Shown piece after piece: positions 57,898 to 64,000 of a DNA stretch of 64,000 nucleotides. Origin of the DNA: a virus; the IMG/VR virus record IMGVR_UViG_3300020179_001470, positions 1 to 64,000 of that record; one strand, 5' to 3'. The first letter of the stretch is position 1, and the number at the start of each line of letters is the position of its first letter. The notes below the pieces were generated by a model. That model ran no database searches and was not told the DNA's origin. It saw only the letters and a list, made by a program, of their open reading frames with translations. Made by a program: the position numbers and the translations under genes.

Positions 57898-58374
57898 CTA
57901 AATCCCCCCCGTGAATCTGGGGTTCAACCTGAACTCCAATTTGTATTTAGGGTTGTAACTACCACCTGAACAATTACTACACGAATAAGACCTTCTTCTT
58001 AAACGATGCGCTTTGGATACTTTACCACAACCAACACATGTTGCAACATATTTTGTTTCGGATGTTTCAACTACTTTACTACTATAACAACGATGTCCGT
58101 CACAACCTATTTCAATTGCCTTCGCTCTCCATACATGGTTATGTTTTTGACCAGGACAAAGTGCGTGTGCAATTTCATGTAGAATAGTATTCTTTACATG
58201 ACTTTCATCATTAAGTAATGTCAATACTTTGGATAGTGTAATTTGTTTAGGTCTGTATTTACAACACCCAAACCTAAGTTTTGCGTTGTCATACACAAAT
58301 GTCCATCCATTAACATCTAACTTGTGTTTACGAATTAACTTATCTGCGAGTTGTTGTGCTTTAATTAAGTCCAT
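57898..58374 (-). CDS. SprT-like zinc metalloprotease
   Basis: FGCC, ILHEIAHAL, H...W, C-terminal CxxC...CxxC. Confidence 0.85.
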   Translation of the reverse strand: MDLIKAQQLADKLIRKHKLDVNGWTFVYDNAKLRFGCCKYRPKQITLSKVLTLLNDESHVKNTILHEIAHALCPGQKHNHVWRAKAIEIGCDGHRCYSSKVVETSETKYVATCVGCGKVSKAHRLRRRSYSCSNCSGGSYNPKYKLEFRLNPRFTGGI

Positions 58375-58396
58375 GTTGTTTTATTTTGTGGCCAAA

Positions 58397-58786
58397 CTAA
58401 ATTTCACCTTCACCTGTTGTGATGTACACTCCGTAATCGATGGTATGTAATTGTGGTACCCCATCATTATCCATGATGTGACCATCAAATAACCAGTTAG
58501 GTTGAACTCGTGGATTGTATCGAACCCTACGACTTTCATCCTTGTATGGTTGACCTGTGTAAATCTTAATGTCCTTACAAAGTATCCACGCGCACACTAC
58601 TTTATTACCACCATCAAAAATCTTTTGTGCGGTTTTCCTGTGGTTCTTAAATGTGCAACCCGTCATCACTAATTGATTATCGGTTGGACTGTAATACAAT
58701 ACACTACCGTCTGGGTGTTGTACTTTCCATTTCAGGTAGTTCTTACCTCTACCGAGATTGAACCTAACTTTAATACTCTTACTCAT
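58397..58786 (-). CDS. Hypothetical protein
   Basis: Start moved to MSKSIK; K.VCAW, YNP. Confidence 0.6.
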   Translation of the reverse strand: MSKSIKVRFNLGRGKNYLKWKVQHPDGSVLYYSPTDNQLVMTGCTFKNHRKTAQKIFDGGNKVVCAWILCKDIKIYTGQPYKDESRRVRYNPRVQPNWLFDGHIMDNDGVPQLHTIDYGVYITTGEGEI

Positions 58787-58879
58787 CTTGATTGGTTTAT
58801 GATACAAATATAATATTAATTCTTTTATATTCCAAATGTTTTTTGCCAAACAAAAATCCCCCTGTGACGGGGGACCTTT

Positions 58880-59482
58880 TTATTCTTTCAAATCAAAAAT
58901 CAATTCGGCGTAATCCATTGTGCCGTTGGTAACAAGTGGACTATCTTTTTCTATTGAGATGACATCTCTCGACCACGAACCAATAATCTCATTTTCATCA
59001 TCACCTCTAAAATCTCCACCACCTTGTCCGTTACCCTCACTAGTTAATAGTGGTAAAGGGTGAATTTTTGCACCATCCCATCCTTGAATTTCGGGAACTT
59101 TGTTTTTGTCCACGAACATTTTTTTGCTGTGGTTTACAATGTAGGGGTATTCGTCAGTTGATGAAACCTTTGGTTTGATTTGGTTTTCATCATTACAAAG
59201 TGAATACAAATTTGCGTCGTACTCCTTCCCTTCCGAAATGACTTTTACTCCTGGTTCTTCTTCTGCGTAATCACCCGCCCACACTACACGACTTTTGTAA
59301 TGTTCACCTCTACGGGTTAATTGTTTTTCAAAAGTTGAAACGAAGTTGTTCCCTTGATAGGAATGCTCCATCAGTTTGAGTCCGTTGTCGTACTCGTGTG
59401 AATACATCCACGCTTTAACTGTTTCGTGTTCACCCTCTTTTGGGGTGATACCTAAAATGATTGGTTTATAATACTGTCCCAT
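58880..59482 (-). CDS. Hypothetical phage protein (MGQYY type)
   Basis: GLKLMEHSY, VWAGDYA, IHPLPLLT.EGNG.GGGD. Confidence 0.7.
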   Translation of the reverse strand: MGQYYKPIILGITPKEGEHETVKAWMYSHEYDNGLKLMEHSYQGNNFVSTFEKQLTRRGEHYKSRVVWAGDYAEEEPGVKVISEGKEYDANLYSLCNDENQIKPKVSSTDEYPYIVNHSKKMFVDKNKVPEIQGWDGAKIHPLPLLTSEGNGQGGGDFRGDDENEIIGSWSRDVISIEKDSPLVTNGTMDYAELIFDLKE

Positions 59483-59746
59483 AACTATGTTGTTTTATGA
59501 TACAAATATACATCTATTTTTAATATAATCAAATTTTTTTTATATTTTTTTTGCCAAACAATTTTTGGATTAACCGGGGTCACCAGCAAAATAGCCAGAA
59601 AAACTGGTAGCAATAGCCGCGCAAACCAGATGTGATTTTGGTTGGCATTCTGTAAATGTAATAAAATCAACACTTTGAGTTACGCCAAACAAAATCCTGA
59701 AGACCGGCGCAAAAGCGCAGCAAATGTTTTAGCAATAAAAAACCCC

Positions 59747-60517
59747 TCATTGTGAGGGGTCTACTATAAACTTGCTATCTTTTTGAGGTCGTTTTCGTGT
59801 GACTTTATATTTTAATCCCACAATAATGTCGTTCTCATCTCGATATCTCATATCATATAAGTCACCATCGATAACTTTTCTACCCCAAAACTTTTTGGGT
59901 ATTTCTTTTTTGAAAACAACGGCAACTCGTATACCATTGTTCAACATACTAATACAATCTGAAAAGTTTGTACCACTAAATGAAAATGTTAAGTCGTAGT
60001 TCTTATACTTCTTAACTAACTCCATTCGTTTACCTACTTTGCTATAGTCGTAAAACATAATATCAGGAAACAATTGCAAAATGTTTTTTCTTTTACCATC
60101 TACAACCATATGAAAAGATTCGGGCGAAATGTCTGAAGTGTTATTTAAACGAACACTAAAGTGATAACCCTGTTTTTCAGCTTTCTTTTTTGCTGCCTCA
60201 ATTTCTGCAACCATCCATTGCATAAAATACTGACGGTGTTCAAAAAACAATTTTGTTTTTTTAATTCTACTCTGAGTAATCATGTCATCTCTCATGTTCA
60301 TTCGATTCATACCAGATTCGTTTAAACATAGTGCAGTACATTCTTCATTCCTCATCGGACAAACTTCGTAACCACTTAAGTCCGCGGGTGCTAGATAAAG
60401 ACTGTAGGTTAATTCATCATACTTGTACGCTTTAGCGTGTTTTGATGTGAGGTTGACTGAACCTAAATAATTGATACCAGTCTCCTTTCTTGCTTGGGTT
60501 TTATTTCTATACTCCAT
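59747..60517 (-). CDS. GP88-like protein
   Basis: LYLAP...C...C...CL, RLNNTSDI, FYDYSK, DGD..D.R..D...IVGLK; start moved to MEYRNK. Confidence 0.7.
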   Translation of the reverse strand: MEYRNKTQARKETGINYLGSVNLTSKHAKAYKYDELTYSLYLAPADLSGYEVCPMRNEECTALCLNESGMNRMNMRDDMITQSRIKKTKLFFEHRQYFMQWMVAEIEAAKKKAEKQGYHFSVRLNNTSDISPESFHMVVDGKRKNILQLFPDIMFYDYSKVGKRMELVKKYKNYDLTFSFSGTNFSDCISMLNNGIRVAVVFKKEIPKKFWGRKVIDGDLYDMRYRDENDIIVGLKYKVTRKRPQKDSKFIVDPSQ

Positions 60518-60752
60518 TTCTATACTCCATTGGTTTAACAATACAAATATAAAACAAATTTTTTTATATTCCAAATTTATTTTTATTTTTTTCTTCAGGG
60601 GTACCCAGTCTTCCCAGTGCAATATTGGTTGGCACACGCCAAACAAAATCCCGAGATGTAACTGTGCAGCTCTGTTGCACACATCCGAGCATAAAAAACC
60701 CCCACATTTCTGTGAGGGCTTTTCGAACCGAACATTAAATCAATATACTAAA

Positions 60753-61124
60753 TCACAGAACCCCTTCTATCGAGTGTCCTTTTTTGGTGAGGTTTTTACC
60801 TTTACGCTCATAGTTGTTGTATCCAACCAAAAACAAATCGTCTTTGGTTCCAAACACCATTGAACCTTCAAGTTTCATTCCACCATAATTTACTTTCAGC
60901 TTACGCATAAAGTCATTAAAAGAACGTTCAAGCTGTACACCAATTTTATCGGTAGGAGGAACTGGTGCGTTTTCAATGTGGTAACGAGTACCAACTCGAG
61001 AAAACTTAATACCTACCATTTCTTTTTTCTCAAAATTTGGTAAACTCTCATTTAGGCATTCACGAATTTCGTGCAAAGACTTCTTCAATGAATTAGCCGT
61101 AGTCTTTCTTGGTTTTTTTATCAT
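60753..61124 (-). CDS. Hypothetical protein
   Basis: ORF downstream of the promoter at 61148. Confidence 0.6.
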   Translation of the reverse strand: MIKKPRKTTANSLKKSLHEIRECLNESLPNFEKKEMVGIKFSRVGTRYHIENAPVPPTDKIGVQLERSFNDFMRKLKVNYGGMKLEGSMVFGTKDDLFLVGYNNYERKGKNLTKKGHSIEGVL

Positions 61125-61381
61125 AATCAATTTTTTGAATTACAGTACAAAAATAATAAGAATATTTTCTATTTCCAACAAATATTTTTAATTTGTTCAA
61201 CTTTTTTTACAAAACACTGAACAAATAGTGTATTTTTTATTGGAATATGAACATTTAAGTGTTGAAAACTAAGCCAAACAAAATTTGGAGTCGTCTTCAG
61301 GACAAAACATCTTGTGAAATTTTGAGCGTAAAAAAGGGGTAACTTTTCAGTCACCCCAATTACTAACCCCTAAACTAAAAG

Positions 61382-62134
61382 TTAGAAACGAAGATTTAAC
61401 TTATCCCCTGTTTTACGTTTGTAGTTATAGATATCCTCAATCATCTCCGCGTATGACTTTTTATCGCCACACATAAAGATTGAACTTGGACGAAGTTTTA
61501 CCTTGTGAAGAAACTCCTGAAATTTAAAATCGGTTTTTTTCTCCATAATTGTAAGAATGGTACGAACAAATACTGATTTGTTGTAACCTTTTTCAAAGTA
61601 GGGTTTTAATTGAAGTAGGTTATTCGCCCACTCTTTAGCGGTGGTCATATCCCCTACAATAAATTTTCCGTCTGCAAAATCTTGTTTATCACAATGACGA
61701 GTACCCGAATTTTGAAGTAACATAATTCTTTCGGTAAGGGAGAACATTGGAAACTCTTTTGAAAATTCCTCCAATGTTTTGTAGGATTTGTTTCCTTGTT
61801 CAGAGAAACCATGAATGTAATCTTTCTTACCCCACTCTTTCATGTTTTGATTGAACTTACGTGCGGCATCAAAGATACCTTTCGTGGTGTTAGGAATTGA
61901 GTTGTCTACAATAAAGTAGATACCTTTTCCGGCTTCTTTTGCTGCGGTTAGTCGGTGTTGTCCGTCTACAACCACGTACTGCGAATTAACAATGATTGGA
62001 ACGAGTTTCAACCCGTCTTTCTTCATTGAATCTGTAATACGCTTGACGCGTGGAGTGTCTACCTCACGATTTACATTGTGAAGTTTGAACATACCCAAAT
62101 TTTGGGTAAATTTTACTTGAACATTTTTTGTCAT
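61382..62134 (-). CDS. ParB N-terminal-like domain protein
   Basis: NR...V..I..SM...PIIV...VVDGQHRL.A. Confidence 0.75.
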   Translation of the reverse strand: MTKNVQVKFTQNLGMFKLHNVNREVDTPRVKRITDSMKKDGLKLVPIIVNSQYVVVDGQHRLTAAKEAGKGIYFIVDNSIPNTTKGIFDAARKFNQNMKEWGKKDYIHGFSEQGNKSYKTLEEFSKEFPMFSLTERIMLLQNSGTRHCDKQDFADGKFIVGDMTTAKEWANNLLQLKPYFEKGYNKSVFVRTILTIMEKKTDFKFQEFLHKVKLRPSSIFMCGDKKSYAEMIEDIYNYKRKTGDKLNLRF

Positions 62135-62498
62135 TTCGTTTCTAATTTAAGTTTATGAATTAATGTTGGGTACAAAGGTATAATGGTTTTTCTTTTTTTC
62201 CAAATTTTATTTCATTTTTTTTAAAAAAAGTTTTCCACAAACATTTTTTTGACTTTATGTATGACAAACATACCGAAGATTTTTATGATATTATCAAAAA
62301 TACTAGTGTTTATTTTGCCAAACAAATTCGCCCAGCGGACCGACTGGACGATTTAATTTATTGATTTTCAGTGGTTTATAAATAAAAAAAGGGATTCCAA
62401 AGAACCCCTTTAGTGTGTCAAACCAAACACAAAATTACAACTATGAAATGTAATCTGAATAAAACATAAACATCTTATTTCATAATGTCAAGTGTTTT

Positions 62499-62750
62499 TT
62501 AGATTACAGGTAATACATCAAGTTCTTTACCTTTTTCTTGGTAGAACAAACTTCCACCATCATTTCCCTCATCGTCCATAGAAGGAATACATAGTGTTCC
62601 ATTGTCCAACTCAAAACAAATAGGTCTCTTGTACCAACCCATAAGTTCCATTTCCTCATCGGTAAGATAACGAACTGATTTAATAACTCGTCCTTTTAGG
62701 ACTTTCTCACTTTGGTTTACCCAATGGGTAGTTAATTCTTGATTTGTCAT
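62499..62750 (-). CDS. Hypothetical phage protein
   Basis: PSMDDEGNDGGSLF. Confidence 0.65.
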   Translation of the reverse strand: MTNQELTTHWVNQSEKVLKGRVIKSVRYLTDEEMELMGWYKRPICFELDNGTLCIPSMDDEGNDGGSLFYQEKGKELDVLPVI

Positions 62751-62900
62751 ACGAATGATTTTTTACAAAGGTATAAAGATTATTTAATTTTACAAGTTAT
62801 TCTTGCCAATCAATATTCAACCTTTCACCTTCCACTGAGAAATTCGTTCTCATCCAAGTTGTTACCTTTTGGTCAAGGTAGAAATTAAACTTTTCCATAG

Positions 62901-63221
62901 TTACCAAGTTTTAGGGTATCTTTCCAAAACATCTTCAGGATAGAGAACACCATCGCCATTAAGTAATACATCCTCCCACCAACGAATACCAATTCGTAAA
63001 CGAGGTACGGCAAACTTTGGGATATCGTTTTCGTGGACTCTGAAAAAAACATCATTTCTTCCACCAGTATCTGGTTCACCAGGTGTAGGTAATGTTTCCA
63101 CTTCTTCACAATACTTTACACGAACACTGAATTCTTCTTTCGCCCACTTTTCGAAATCTTTAATGTTGGACTTACCGATGATAGTTGCGGGCCAAACACA
63201 AACTTGACTGAACTTTTTCAT
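62901..63221 (-). CDS. Hypothetical protein
   Basis: 106-aa ORF in operon. Confidence 0.65.
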   Translation of the reverse strand: MKKFSQVCVWPATIIGKSNIKDFEKWAKEEFSVRVKYCEEVETLPTPGEPDTGGRNDVFFRVHENDIPKFAVPRLRIGIRWWEDVLLNGDGVLYPEDVLERYPKTW

Positions 63222-63222
63222 G

Positions 63223-63426
63223 TTACAAATAATTTAATTGACAATAATCCTCAAGGTCTACTAATGGTATACGACCATATTTTACGGAAGAATAATACCC
63301 TTGAGTTTCGTATCTTTTCTTCCATTCTTCGAACGCCTTGGCGGCCGCTTTGTGCGACTTGTAGTAGGGTACATCCCTTTCGAGTGTGAACCCATCAGGG
63401 GATAGGATTTGAATTTTGTGTGTCAT
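63223..63426 (-). CDS. Hypothetical protein
   Basis: 67-aa ORF in operon. Confidence 0.6.
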   Translation of the reverse strand: MTHKIQILSPDGFTLERDVPYYKSHKAAAKAFEEWKKRYETQGYYSSVKYGRIPLVDLEDYCQLNYL

Positions 63427-63430
63427 ATGA

Positions 63431-63649
63431 TTAACGATAAAGAGTTACATAGTCACCAAAATACTTTTCAATCACGCCAATCAAATTCTCATAATCCCCA
63501 CTCATCATCTCCTCTTGAATTTTCTTGGAGTCCAAACCGAGTTGTTTCGCCCATTTTGAGGCGAGACCAATAAGAACGAATGCGTTCCCATCAGGTCCTG
63601 TGAGGTCAATCTCGATACCCCCTTGTTTTTCATTAATTGATTTTATCAT
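63431..63649 (-). CDS. Hypothetical phage protein
   Basis: IDLTGPDGNAF...EMMSGDYE. Confidence 0.7.
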   Translation of the reverse strand: MIKSINEKQGGIEIDLTGPDGNAFVLIGLASKWAKQLGLDSKKIQEEMMSGDYENLIGVIEKYFGDYVTLYR

Positions 63650-63889
63650 TGTCTTATCGTTTTATAATACAAATATAAATCAGTAATTAATATAATCCAA
63701 ATATTTTTTTATTTTTCTTGCCAAACAAGTTATTGGATTTCAGGTCCCTGCAGCAGGAAACTAGTTAAACCTAGAAGCAATGGCTAGAAAAACCAGAAGC
63801 TGCAACCAGCGCAACCAGGTTCGATTTTGGTTGGCACACAGAAAGTATTGATTTTATTGGGTTTACAGAATGCCAAACAAAATCACGAA

Positions 63890-63920
63890 CAGCAGCGCAA
63901 CCAGCAGCGCAACCAGCAGC
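63890..63920. repeat. 12-bp tandem repeat (CAGCAGCGCAAC, about 2.5 units)
   Basis: 63890-63901, 63902-63913, partial unit to 63920. Confidence 0.8.
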
Positions 63921-64000
63921 AACTTTGGAGCAATAAAAAACCCCCACCTTTTGAGTGAGGGTTTTAACCAATAAAAATGAAACAACTAACTCTCTGCGAC

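Larger units (their letters stand above)
57087..57904. repeat. 68-bp direct repeat (promoter plus motif), 750 bp apart
   Basis: 57087-57154 versus 57837-57904, 3 mismatches by eye. Confidence 0.9.
54180..63701 (-). promoter_or_regulatory. Set of near-consensus Bacteroidota-type promoters on the minus strand
   Basis: On + they read CAAAnnTA-N19/20-CAAA, with -7 boxes at 54180, 56182, 57092, 57842, 58805, 59503, 60544, 62173, 63670; weaker -33 boxes for those at 61148 and 62766. Confidence 0.85.
51657..63884. repeat. Dispersed motif, consensus GCCAA(A/C/T)C(A/T)AAATC, about 20 copies
   Basis: + copies start at 51657, 51714, 51761, 52222, 52267, 54230, 55300, 57142, 57892, 58391, 58845, 59553, 59684, 60638, 61273, 62317, 62805, 63720, 63872; inverted copies at about 59634, 60621, 63823. 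Confidence 0.9.

Noticed and set aside
52267-58403. Integron attC cassettes (stop codons overlap the motif)
   Set aside because: No RYYYAAC/GTTRRRY palindromic sites and no integrase; promoter phasing explains the positions better.
3708-63971. Short ORFs antisense or out of frame to clear genes (e.g. 3708..3890, 12374..12613, 20715..20957, 43594..43875, 55053..55394, 60471..60863) and ORFs across promoter/motif regions (59485..59673, 61169..61354, 63771..63971)
   Set aside because: Shadow ORFs with no recognisable motifs or initiation context.
1-64000. Stop-codon reassignment (TAG or TGA) as in some large phages
   Set aside because: Long conserved genes are intact in the standard code, and TAG/TGA end genes at expected positions.
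1-64000. tRNA, rRNA or tmRNA genes
   Set aside because: No cloverleaf or T-loop signature noticed in intergenic DNA; tRNAscan-SE/ARAGORN would be needed to exclude them.

Overview
AT-rich, gene-dense segment of a large dsDNA phage that most likely infects a Bacteroidota host (inferred). Evidence: many TTTG-N19/20-TAnnTTTG promoters, no obvious Shine-Dalgarno sites, and a mix of nucleotide-metabolism, auxiliary metabolic (glnII, ppsA, mgsA, iscU, iscA), cell-wall hydrolase and small orphan genes. Genes run mostly on + up to about 50.6 kb and on - after about 50.9 kb. The standout locus is 45.9-48.5 kb: promoter, tracrRNA-like RNA, a 12-repeat CRISPR array and a 476-aa Cas12f/TnpB-like nuclease with an intact RuvC triad and no cas1/cas2. 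The 3' end of the nuclease gene overlaps a second, unsplit copy of the same structured RNA, which ends in the CRISPR repeat's last 15 nt like a TnpB reRNA or natural sgRNA. The locus thus looks like a transposon-to-CRISPR intermediate that keeps both guide architectures. The minus-strand region (51.6-64 kb) carries about 20 copies of a GCCAAAC(A/T)AAATC motif, seven of them helically phased to promoters. Two inverted motif pairs enclose a core that is flipped between copies. All calls are by eye; no searches were run.
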